Below, piece after piece: positions 12,801 through 26,000 of a stretch of DNA of 64,000 bases (positions are counted from its first letter, which is position 1; each line of letters starts with the position of its first letter). Source of the DNA: Octopus sinensis. Its lineage: Eukaryota. A program made the position numbers and the translations under genes. A model generated the notes under the pieces. That model was not told the DNA's origin. It searched no databases and saw nothing but the letters and a program-made list of their open reading frames with translations. The stretch is from positions 11,470,001 through 11,534,000 of the forward strand of contig NC_043022.1 in the NCBI RefSeq assembly GCF_006345805.1, given 5' to 3'.

Positions 12801-15800
12801 TACTCTCTGTCTAGCTGCATTTTCATTTTTTTAAAAACTTTTAAAGGCTTTGTTTTGTTTTCAACATGAGAACTGCATTTAACTATTGCTCCTTGTCTGT
12901 TTGCCAGGTGTGCTCCTGGATTCACAGGCAACCCAAGAGAACCCAGAGGATACTGTAGAGAAAGAGATGGTAACTATAACACTGTATTATATTTTTATCC
13001 CTCTGCATACACACATGTTCCCTTCTGCAACACCTGCATATGCATTCTTTTTTTACACACGCATACATATCCTTATTCTTATTCTTTTACATATATACTT
13101 TCATTTGCACACATACATTCCTTTACACACACTCTCTTATGCATATATGCATTCTCTTATCTCACATGGGCAAACACTCTCTTATACATGCACACATATA
13201 CACTCTTTCTTACACACTCCCATTTTGGCAATTTTGTCCTCACCTTCCATCCCCTCTCACCTTTATCTAATTTTCTTTTTCCTGCCCTTTTCTCTTTACA
13301 GATAGCTCAAGTCCTCAAGTAACCGTAAGTCCTCTCCGAAGCAGTGAGATGATAGGACAAGTTGCAATCTTCCACTGCCGAGTTACAGGTCAAAGACCTA
13401 TCTCTGTTGTGTGGCGAAAGGTTGATGGCACACCACTGCCCAACAGAGCTGAGCAGAATGATGAGCATGACTTGATCATCAAGAATATCGCACCTTCAGA
13501 CAGTGGACGTTATGTTTGTACAGCCAACAGTATTTATGGAACTTCCCAACAATATGTCGAGCTTGTGGTCATCAGTAAGTTCTACTATTTGTCTCCTTTT
13601 CTTATTTACTCCTCATTTCCTTATATCCAATTCCTCCTCTTCATTCCAAGTTTTACATTGTAGTTAGTGTTCTAGCTTGTATAATGTGGTTTCTGTGCAT
13701 AACTGGTACTAAAGTATTTATTATGTACTAGAACCACATTATACAAGCTTTAGTATCAATTTAATCGACTGATGCTGGTGTCTGTAATCTCCTTTATGAG
13801 GTTCAGACTCCTAAGAGCATCTTTCATCACCACTGTTTCCCATGTCTTCTTTGGTTTTCCTCTTTTACACATTCCTTTCACCTGGATTACATGTCACTTC
13901 TTCACTCTACTGGTGTCCTCCCTGTTTGTTACATGTCCATATCAATTTAGCTTTCTCTCATGCTCACTACATCTTATTCATCTTAAGCCTAGTTTTATTT
14001 TTCCTCACTAATTCTGGTTTTTGTTTAACTATTTTACTTTCAGAACACTCTCCTTCAATACTAATTTGTTCTGTTTGGATACGACATGTTCAGCGTTGAT
14101 TTTAGTTAGTTGAGAATGTAGAAACTCGCTGCATAAAAAATGTTATTGCGTTGAAGTTTGGTTTTGCTTACAATTTAGCAATCTTTGTATGTGTTGTATA
14201 TTGCTGTATTTTTTAGTCGATTAAAACCTTTTAAACTTTGATATTCGAGTTTGGGTTTATAACACCTACATAATGGGAGCTATTAACTATTTTTCTTAGA
14301 AACCCTCAAAGCATTTATTTAATGGGTGCTCTTGTATATTCCTGTGTATCTGCTATAAATGAAGTCCATTTTTTGTTTGCCTTCCTGTGATCTCATTGCA
14401 CCAGTTGGTACTCCTTTTCTGTATACTGAACATGACCACTTCCCAATTGGAAGTAGAGATATGTATTCTTTCTTGATAACCAAAAATTTTGTCGTGTTTG
14501 CTTAAAGACCTCGTAATTTTAACCTTTATTTCCATATTTGAAATTTCTCTAATACTTTGGTAGCCTTGACTATGAGCACCAGACCAGCACTATACAGAAA
14601 CTTCCATAACTACTCTTTTATGGCCTCTTGATCTATAGTAAACTAGAGGTGGGTGGGCTGAGAACTGAGTTCTGATGAACATGTAGTTAGTTGCACACTG
14701 AATTCCTTTCTGATCTTTTGGTCACTTCCACCTTTTATTTATACCAAGTTTTCTTAAAGACCGCTACACTACTGATTATGATTCTGTGTCAAAGGCTTTC
14801 TCCAGGTCAACAAATGCTTGGAGTAGTGGCTTACTCTTGGTAAAGAATGTCTGTAGTAGTAGCTCCCCTACAAAGAAAATATCCCTAATATCTCATTTCT
14901 ACATTTTTTATCAACAACATCCTGCTTTCTAATTTGGAACACTTCATTCTTCTGATTCTCATATTCACAGAACATTGCTGAACCCTTTCCTGCTTATCTT
15001 TTTTGTTAAGTATACCTAATGTCTAACCTGTATTCTAACTACATGATGTTCTTCCTTGCTCCCCACTTATTTTCATTTTTCTTGCCCTGTCCTTCAGCTT
15101 TCATGAATCTATCTACTTTAGCATTGAACGATCACATCATCTTTCATCTTACTGAAACCTTTCTTCATCCACAAATCCATTTTATAGTTGATGGTAATTG
15201 GTACTTTAGAAACTTCCAATTGTCATCTTTGTTTTTTGTCTCTAGCTCCTCTCCTCCTTCTCCTTCGCAATATTTGTGTCAATTAAAACCTCTCTGAAAT
15301 ATGTCTAGCAGGGCAATTTTTGTACATCTCCTTTCTCCAGATTGTTTTGTCTCTACGTTCAACTAGTTCTTACTTTAATTACTATTCTCTAACACTATTT
15401 CGCTTCTATATCGCTTCTCAGCCTTTTGGCTAAGATCAAAGTGTAATATCACTATTTTAATTACTATTCTATATTCTATATCACTAATCTATATTGAATG
15501 ACAAATCTTCACCAGATAAAGACTTAGAATTCACGACCATCTGTTTACCCTTTTTATAAGTGATGAGTATGCAATGTGTGTGTGTGTGGCAGGAGGCATA
15601 AAAATCCCAACATTTTCAGTTGGTTTATTTAATTTTACTCATTCTGGTCTTCAAGCGATTCTTTGGACATTAATATAAAACATGTTCTTCCTTGACAGGG
15701 ACTGGGTCCTTCCAGGTGCAAATCACAGAACCAAAGGACATAAATGTTCGTCCAGGTAGCACTGTCCAGATGGAATGTACAGTGGTAGGATCACACTCAC

Positions 15801-18446
15801 CGGTAAGTCAATAAAACATTTGTTTCTGTCTGTTACTTTTCCATATTTATTCATTCTTTCTTCTGTTGGAAGATTTGACCTTTCCACCCAGAAAACCACC
15901 AAATCATAAAGATATGAGAAAATTAGTGATGGACTGCATCAGCAATTAGCATGTATAATCTGTCCAAAAATGCAATAATTTTACTGTGAGAAAAAGGAAA
16001 AGTTTTAACAATTAGTGGATTATTCTTTTCTAATCACTGTTCAATAATGGATATTACTTACGGTGGTGAACTGTCAGAATCTTTGCTGCACTGAGAAAAA
16101 TGCTTTGCAACATTTCATCCATCTTTATGTTCTGAGTTCAGTCCCTCTAAAGTCAGCTTTGCCTTTCATCCTTTCAAGGTTGCTAAAATAAGTACCAGCT
16201 GAGCACTGGGGTTGATGTAATCGACTTAACCCTTTCGTTGAAATTACTGGTCTTGTGCCAAAATTTGAAATCAGTAGTGGATATTACTCTTTTACTTGTT
16301 TCAGTCATTTGACTGTGGCCATGCTGGAGCACCACCTTTAGTTGAGCAAATCGACCCCAGGACTTATTCTTTGTAAGCCTAGTACTTATTCTATCAGTCT
16401 CTTTTGCCGAACCGCTAAGTTACGGGGATGTAAATACACCACCAGCATCGGTTATCAAGTGTTGTTGGGGGGACAAATACAGACACACTAACATATATAC
16501 ACACACACACATATATACGACAGGCTTCTTTCAGTTTCTGTCTACCAAATCCACTCACAAGGCTTTGGTCGGCCTGAGGCTATAGTAGAAGACACTTGCC
16601 CAAGGTGTCACGCAGTGGGACTGAACCCGGAACCATGTGGTTCATAAGCAAGCTACTTACCACACAGCCACTCCTACACCTATTTGAAATATTAAACACT
16701 TCTTCCTCACAACAACCCACTGTATTACGCTTTTAAACGGTTTATACTAAAGCATAGCTGAATGGTTATCTTACATTTCACATCTTATAGGCTGCTAAGG
16801 CTGATTGCATAACACACAGAAGCTGGTACAAACCTTTGTCTATCCTCTGTCTTTTAATTGGTTCGCCACTTTGATTTGACAAGATGATTGAGGTTTGAAC
16901 AGCTTTGATCTTTTGTCTTCTCCAATCAGGATGGACCTAGACTAAACAAGAACAACCTAACATTGGCCAACTGGTTATACTCTAGGAAGCAGTTTGGCAA
17001 GAGAGACCGATAGAATAAGTACTAGGCTTACAAAGAATAAGTCCTGGAGTCAATTTGTTCAACTAAAGGCAGTGCTCCAGCATGGCCACAGTCAAATGAC
17101 TGAAACAAGTTAAAGAAAAGAATTTACTATATCCTTGGATAACAAGCTTAATTCTACACTACTTCAGTTCACTTAGAGAACATTAGGGACCTTGTTCTCT
17201 CTTGGGAGAGTTACCTGTGAGAGGTTTGTATCTTATCCAGGATCCAGGGAAAAGTAGATTTGTCTCATTTATTCAACACCACAGAAATGTGCTCCATTGA
17301 GAATGTCTATACACGGTCACTAGGCCCGCTAGAAAGAGCAAGCAAACCTCCTTCAAGCCACAACCCTGCCTGCTTGAAAAAGGATATATTATACAATGCT
17401 GTTCAAGATACGTACTATTAGCTGCACAGAATATGGAATGGTAATGATTAGAATTTCTTTGATCACAAGTCTAATTGATCAGAACCGACCTAAAGTTAAA
17501 AAGCTCTTAAACTATACACCATTGTAGTTGTAGCCTCAGTTAAATGTAATATAATTTCAGGGTCTTTGGGTTATTATTTTTTAGCACAACAGCATGTCTC
17601 CTGAGGAGGTGTGATGTTGTCGCCCACACTTCTTAAAACGATTAAAACAATGTTACACATAGAGCTAATGTTGTCTTTTCCTCACCACATAATTATTCTT
17701 AATCAGATTTTTTAATGCTCACTGTATTAAATATGTTAGCACTAACTCAATGTTGGTCTTTTTCTAATTCAGGTTCTTGTGTTGTCTTGGAGTAAAGTTG
17801 ACGGTGTCTTACCCGCTTCAGCATATGAGACTGATGGAACTCTGACAATTCGAAACATCCGACGTGAAGATGCAGGCGAATATATGTGCACTGGGTCTGA
17901 TCCTGGTGGCATTGTAACAGATACTGCTATTATCACTGTCACATGTGAGTATTATGCTCTATGAATCAGGATGATTTTTTTTTTTATATTGATCCTTCCA
18001 ACATAATGTATGTATAAATCAATATATACTGTCCATATTTTGTATGAAACATATCTCCTGATAATCTTACAAAAATTCTGCTAGAGCAACTAAGATATAC
18101 AAATTTAAATAGAAATTAGCAAAAAATTAATTTTCCTGCATCTTCTATCCTACATTAAATTGAGTGCTAATTGATGGTAAGATTTTTAATGTGGAATTTT
18201 TGAAATAACTATATTCCAGCAAAACCTTTAAAGTTCTTGGCTAAAACATTGTCATTGTGAATGTTTGTATTCTTTTTTTTTATAGTCAGGAGGAAAGGCA
18301 ATGTATCTAAGATTTTCTTGCATACTGAAATTATTACTACATGAAGAGGTTGTGAAATGGCCATAATTCTATGAAAATTATGTGGTTAAATATATCTATA
18401 TTCACCTCTCATACCTCCTGACTTTATATTTATATGTGTGTGTGTG

Positions 18447-18490
<44 letters not shown>

Positions 18491-19069
18491 CACACAAACT
18501 TTCAGTTAGTTAAAATGTTTGTCTAACATATTTTATGCAGTCTAATGGTGCAACTCGATCAATGTTGTTGATTGTGTTTTAGCTGAAGCTATGGCTTTAA
18601 CTCTGTCCTGAGTTACCTCCCTTCACTCTTTTTTGTTGATAATGGTTAAAGAGCTAGAAACGCATCTGGGAATCTGACAGGGAGCAGTCCTGGACAGATA
18701 TGGTGCTTTTACACCTTTTTATCATATGAGAGAATGTTTTTCCACGGTAACTGCAGTGAACTTACCTTTAGAAGTTGAAATATGTCACAACATATTTTAA
18801 CTAACCTAAAGTTTGCTTATGTATAAACACTGCTTGGTGCTGATATGTGTGTGTGCATATGTATATATATTGATTCATAATTCAGCAGGATGTCTAATCC
18901 ACCACATGTACCTAATAATAAAATCTTTTATGTCACTTGAACCTAAATGGTGAGAAGTCATTTTTGAAATTCTTTTAAATTCTCTTCACTCTGCTTCAGA
19001 TATCTGATGATGTAGCTGTGTTCTACACCCTTAAAACTTTGTGTTCCAGTGTAAAATCATTTTATACGT

Positions 19070-19125
<56 letters not shown>

Positions 19126-19485
19126 AAAAAGAGGAATAAATGAAAGAATGATGATGATCATCATCGTTTAACGTCTGCTTTCCATGCTAGCATGGGTTGG
19201 ACAGTTCAACTGGGGTTTGGGAAGCCAGAAGGCTGCACCAGGCCCAGTCTGATCTGGTAGTGTTCCTACAGCTGGATGCCCTTCCTAACACCAACCACTC
19301 CATGATTGTAGTGGGTGCTTTTTACGTGCCACCAGCATAGGTGTCAGACGAGGCTGGCAACAGCCATGATTGGACGGTGCTTTTTACGTGCCACCAGCAC
19401 GGAGGCCAGTTGGGGTGGCTCTGGCAACGGCCACGTTCGGATGGTTCTCTTACGTGCCACCGGTACTGGTATCACAACTACAATG

Positions 19486-19521
<36 letters not shown>

Positions 19522-22500
19522 GTGTGTATCGTCATATTTTAATGTTGAATGATAATTAGGAAAAGTTTTATCTATAATATTTTCAGCAAGTCATTTGTAT
19601 TCATATCTTTGTTAAATTGTTAAAAAATCATTTACCCTTTACTGTTTGATTCTATTTTCCTTCAGCAAATACTTTCCCTCCAACTGCCCAAGTTGAACCA
19701 AGAGAACAGACTGTTGTAGTTGGCCAAACTGTTGAATTTTTATGCACAGCAACAGGTTCTCCACAACCAGATTTTCAATGGTATAAAAATGGTCAGCTTA
19801 TTTCCCGAGGACCAGTTCTATCTGTCACATCAGTTTCCAAAGATGATGAAGCAGTGTACGTTTGCGAGGCCACCAACAAATTTGGTGTAAGCCGAGTAAA
19901 TGGAATACTACATGTCACATCAAGTAGGTATTTCTGTGTTTATTTCTTAAGTGTAGACGTAGTTGTTTGGTTAAAAAGATCATTCAGCAATCGTGAGCTT
20001 CTGGGCTCAATCACATTGTACAGCCCCTTGGTCAGGTGTTGTCCACCTACCTGCATTTTGACCAGTACCTTGTAAGTGTAAGTTATTAGATAGAAACTGT
20101 GCATGTATATCATCATCATCAACATCATTTAACATCCACCTTCCATGCTGGCATATGCACACACACACACACACACACATTCACACCCAATAGCTGCAAG
20201 AACTCCTCAAAAAAATCAATAGCTTCATATAAAAAAATATCTTACTTAGTACTTCTCCAGACTGTGTTACACAGATAATTTCTTGTTACACTTACCATCA
20301 GAAATACATTGAGCCAACGGTTGGGCCATTGTGGCCAACAATGTTATCGTTAGATATGATAGTAAAGGAAGAAATTATCAATGCTTAGCTTCTCAGCTGT
20401 TTCGTAGCCATCATATGATGGGGCTTAAAGATATATATGTGGTTGGGCATTTCAGTTTGTGGAGAGTATTTGTATATCTGTCACCATCATGTATATATCT
20501 TCTTTTCTATACTTGTATGCATTGGATGTGTCAGTTACAATGCAATAAATCCCCATTTTATTGTAATCCTTTAAGTTGTCTTTTGAGAGGTTTAATACGT
20601 TGTTGTCAGTCCTGACCAATTCTGCTCATATCTTCATTCGGCTACTTTTTCTGATAAAGACTTGAATACAGTTGATTGTGCTAATTGAATTTTGGATAAT
20701 AAATCAAGAGTCTAGTGGTTCCCTGTTACATTACTGGCACTGCATTGGATTCTTGACAGCTCAGCTCCTCTAACTCTATATAGATATTGTGGTTTAGCTC
20801 AAGGTCAGTTTTAATATGACTTATGATCAAAGATATTTTAACTATAGCCATCCTTACTTTTCATCATCATCATTTAATGTCCATTGTCCATGCTGTAGAC
20901 TATTTAGGGCTACATCATCTAGAAAATAGTAGGGTATGATTTGTTGATTGCTGACAGGTAAAGATGTGCACCTACAGCTTGTTAGACTCCTTTGATTTCT
21001 GTTTTACTCAGGTGGACCCTCCTAACTATTTGATGTTTAAAAAAAATCTTATCGCAATGTGGAAGATATTCATAAGCCATTTAAAAACACACAAAAACCG
21101 TTAAATTCACTTCAACATTTAAATTTAATCTGCCAAAATATTTTCGTTGCTTTGAGATCGCAACCTATCCACTGACAAAATTCCATGCAATCCTGGCTGA
21201 GAACCACAGCATTAATTGATAGTGATTAAGATAACAAACTGAAAAATATCTTACACCTTGAATCATGAGGTCAATAATAAAAATATATTAATCTTATGAA
21301 TGTCCATTTTATATTTTTATTTCTTTCAAGCCTAAAATTAAGCTTATTTTTAAATTGCAGGTCGTCCAACATTACAAATTATTATCCGACAAGAATCTGT
21401 AGTCAAAACTGTCGGCGAAAGTATTCAGTTGGTCTGTTATGTTGAGCAACGTGGTAATCTGATCAATTTGGTATGGAGCAAGCAAAGTGGACCACTACCA
21501 GCAGGTAAGAACACTGTCAGCCAGTGTGTGTTTGCATGTGTGTATAAGACATAATTTGTTACACATTCATTTTATACAAGCATGTATGGTATATAGATTA
21601 TATACATATATATACACACATATATGCATATACATATACATGCATGCATATATATCTATGTATCTTTCAGAAAGCTCCATACCAATTTAACTTTATGCAG
21701 CATTCGCTGTTAGTTTATGCGCAAGCTGTGTGGGAAGACAGAATAAAGGGGCTTTTGTTAGCTTATCTCTCCAAAAAAAATATCTCCCTTTGCTGTTGAA
21801 AAAAATAAGCTCGCAGAGGGGAAGTTTCAACGTCTTCTTTCATTACACAGCAAAGTTATGATGTAAGCACATGCTAAAATCTGTCATAACTTTTTTTACT
21901 TTTATCCAAAACTTCTTCACCACTCTTCCCACTTCATTTTTCTTCTTAAAAAGAAGGCTTTCATCTACCTGGACTATATGTCATACCACTGGACAGCTGT
22001 CTGTCTGCTAATATTGTTGATGGACATGCAGTGTATCATTGGCATTTCACATATAAAGCCCAGGATTATGTGGAAAAGTGTGAGGACCATCAATTGACTT
22101 TTTCTCCATAAAAGTAATAGAAAATTATTTGAAAATTATAAAGAGTCTATAAATAGACTGTCCATATTTTAAAACCATGAATTTAAAAAAAAATGGGTGG
22201 GGTGAAATTTTTTTTAAATGTGTGGTTTTTTGCATAATCATATTAATTCCATAATGCAGAAGACAATTGTAAAAATTTTGTAAAAATTCATAAAAATAAA
22301 AAAGTTATGAGGTGTTTTAGCGCATACTTACATCATAACTCTGCCCATCGCCCCATTTATGTGGCTGTTCCTAACAAGAAATTTCATGTAAAACAACTAT
22401 ATTTTGTAGTCATTATCTGTAGTCATTATCTCCCAAAACACTTTAGTAGCTCTACTTTGCATTGCTTGATCATTAAAGTGCAATGACCTCCAACAATAAC

Positions 22501-22642
22501 CGGCTTTCAATTTGATTTTCCTAGGTCAATCGGAAACATACATTGCTGTGCTACTCTTAAACCTTCTTGGTAGTTTAATTATTTGATGAAAAAAATACCA
22601 CCGAAGCAACTTAAACCATCCAAAGGATGGGTGCATTTGCTA

Positions 22643-22685
<43 letters not shown>

Positions 22686-23007
22686 CATATATATGTGTAT
22701 GTGTGTATATATATGTGTATATATGTATATAGTATAATGTACATTACATGTATGTGTGGATAACTGAAGCTTTTAAAAAAAACTGGAAATACAAAATTAA
22801 AATAATTTTTGTGTTAAATTTTGTAGGATCTTCTCAGAGGAATGGTGTCCTTACAATTCCTTATGCGAAGTCATCAGACTCTGGCGTGTACGTCTGTAGT
22901 GGTACCAGTGATACTGGCAGATCAGGATCAAGTACTGTCGTGGTGACCATAACAACTACAGATTCAAGTATGTAAAGTATATTTTGTTTTTATAATTGTT
23001 GATGATG

Positions 23008-23041
<34 letters not shown>

Positions 23042-26000
23042 ATTGTTTAACATTTATTAGTTTGAGGCAAATTTCTACTGCATCACCTGCTACACTTCCA
23101 TGTTGCTGGGATGTGTGCAGCATTGCATGTTTATGTGCTACGTATGTCAGTTGATACCATCTCTGGCAAGGGCTTTGAAATAAAACCAAGAAGAAGTTCC
23201 AGACACCCAGCTGAGTACTTGACAGACACTGACTTTGCTGACGACATCGCTCTTATCAGTGATTCTCTCTCCAATGCCCAGTCTCTTTTACAATCTCTTG
23301 AACAAGCCTCAAATTGTGTAGGTCTTTACCTTAATGAGACCAAAACTGAATACATAAACAAGTGCCTGTCCAACAGTGATTGCATCATCCACACTCTCAA
23401 CAGTGCACCTTTAAATATGGCTTCTGATTATAAATATCTTGGGTCATACATATCATCATCTGGAAAAGACTTTCTAACTAGAAAGGGTATGGCCTGGTCA
23501 GCCTGTAATGACATGCATAAGATCTGGTCATCAAATCTAAGTAGAGACTTCAAACTTGAAATATTCAAAGCCACAGTCGAACCAATCCTACTATATGGCT
23601 CAGAAACCTGGACGTTATCAAAGAAGCTTGAGAGGCGGTTGGATGGAACCTACACTCGCCTCCTTATGAGAGCTCAAAATCTCTCGTGGAGGCGCCATCC
23701 AACTAAAATGCAAATATATGGGAAATTACCACCTGTGTCATCTCTTGTGAAGGGTAGGAGAGTCCAGTTTGCTGGACATTGTTGTAGAGCTGAAAAAGAA
23801 GTAATTTCTACTCTTCTCCTCTGGAAGCCATCTACTTGCAACACCAGAGGGCGCACACTCTCCTACCCTGATGTAATCTCCAGGGATACAGGCATCCAGC
23901 AACAGGACCTCCGTAATGCTATGATGGACCGTGAAGTCTGGCGCAACATGGTAAATTCCATTGTCTCGACCACGGTCGAACAATGATGATGATGATGATG
24001 CATGTTCTTTTCTGCTGTTGGGAGTGTGCAGACTCTTCTCGGTATTATATTGCATTTTTTTTTCTCTCTTGTGATGTGGGGCAGTCTTTTGTTGTGCTAC
24101 TGCTTGTATCATTATTATTATTTAAAGTGGCAAACTGGCAGAATTGTTAGCATGCTGGATGCAATGCTTTGCGGTATTTCCTCTGCTGCTACATTCTGAG
24201 TTCAAATTCTGCCAAAGTCGACTTGCCTGTCATCCTTTCGGGGGTCGATAAATTAAGCACCTGTGAAGCACTGGGGTTGATGTAATTGATTAGTCCACCA
24301 TCCCAAAATTTTCAGGCCTTGTGCCTATAGTAGAAAGGATTATTATTATTATTTAAGGCGGCAAGCTGGCAGAATTGTTAGCACGCTGGATGAAATACTT
24401 AGCAGTATTTCTCCTGTCACTACATTCTGAGTTCAAATTCCACCGAAGTCGACTTTGCCTTTCATCCTTTCGGGGTCAATAAATTAAGTACCAGTAAAAC
24501 ACAGGGTGGATCTAATCAATTATCCTGTTTTCCCAAAATTTCAGGCCTTGTGCCTATAGTAGAAAGGATTTTTATTATTCTTGTTATCATCATCATCATC
24601 ATATTTTGTTGTTTTTTTTTTTGTGACTCTCATACTTTTGGGACCACATTTCTAATGAAATCCACTTCTTATATTTCCCAGTTAATTATGAATATTTGGA
24701 GCAATTTAATAAGATAACTCTTGCATAATTAAGTGGGTGTCTGGGATGTAACTTAATATAAAGCTTTTAGCTTAACCCTTTCGTTACTATATTTCTGACC
24801 AAATTACACCCCTTATGTGTTTCAGTTAATTTCTAACGCAATCATAAATTTATTCTGGTTTCATTAAACAACTATAACTTTTTTATTTATCGATATATTA
24901 ATCTGATTTTTGGAAGATAATTTAATGAAATGTTCTCAACCAATTCTATACTATAATTTTTGTCACAAAGTGACTAATTGCAGGTAGATACAGGTAAATT
25001 CAACAAAATATAAAATTATAAAAATTTTGTTCAAACATCGCTATAGAAAATGGGTTATTAGCTAATATTCAATTGGGTATACAACAAAATTTTACGATAG
25101 AATTTGTTATTCTGGGTAACTTTCTGATACCCATAATAATATTTATGGCAAAATAGTCTTAATTTCATTTAAGGTTGTGGGAAACCACAAACTATCGTTT
25201 CTTTCGCTTTGTTTACATTTAGCGTAACGGTTCGTTTCCGCCGTAATGATTTCAAATAGGCTCAATCGAAAAAGTAAATAGAAATAGCCTAAGGCTTTAC
25301 TCTCCTGGGAAAGTCAGTGGCTTGGTCCAGTTTCTTCAGAAAAATCACCGAAAGAAACAGTTTTTAAATTTTCACTCCATTCAGGTGCCAATTCATTTTC
25401 TTTATCGCTGTCGGTGATCTCGGATTCACAGTTTTCACTTTCGGAAAATGAAACATCAGATTCATTATCAAATACCACGTGCTTTTTTTTTTTTCAGTCA
25501 TAGTTAGATTTATCAAGGTCTTCAGTAGAAAATCCTTCGAATTCTGACTCGCTGCTTGATATAATGAAATTCGTATCCATTTTTTGTCAGAATTACAAAT
25601 TTTGAAAACACAATAGGAACAAATTTAGGGAAAAAATCTCCCAAAATTCACGGAATTAAAATTACACTTCGATTATTGTACAAAACTGTAGTTGAACTGT
25701 TTACGAAGTATAATACGTGTTTTCATGAATGTACTAAAGAGATTTGCTCTGATATTCTCATTTAAATATGAATAGGTAAATTCGGGCGGCTTTGGGCGGT
25801 TTGGTCACGTTAACCAAAATTTTTTTCGGGCGGCTTTGGGCGGTTTGGTAATGAAAGGGTTAATTAAGTAGGAATATTAAAAAAGATGTTTTACTAGAAA
25901 CAGTTTTGGTACAGTGAATAAGACACTAAAACTATTACATCTCACTACTAGCTCTTTAGAAGTTTCCTTGTGGTAAAAAAAAAATTGTTTTGGAACACAA

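Noticed and set aside
1546-12969. Laminin alpha/gamma chain or agrin as the gene identity
   Set aside because: The LE/L4 modules are followed directly by an Ig array and LG-EGF-EGF with no coiled coil, which fits perlecan only.
15410-15450. Functional U2 snRNA gene
   Set aside because: Only the first 41 nt are present; no Sm site or 3' stem-loops.
19924-19933. Alternative donor AG|gtattt at 19928 for exon w13
   Set aside because: It gives phase 2 and frameshifts the next exon; the donor at 19924 keeps frame.
23111-23986. Host protein gene nested in the intron (291-aa ORF)
   Set aside because: It is a 5'-truncated reverse transcriptase fragment; the ATG comes from flanking DNA.
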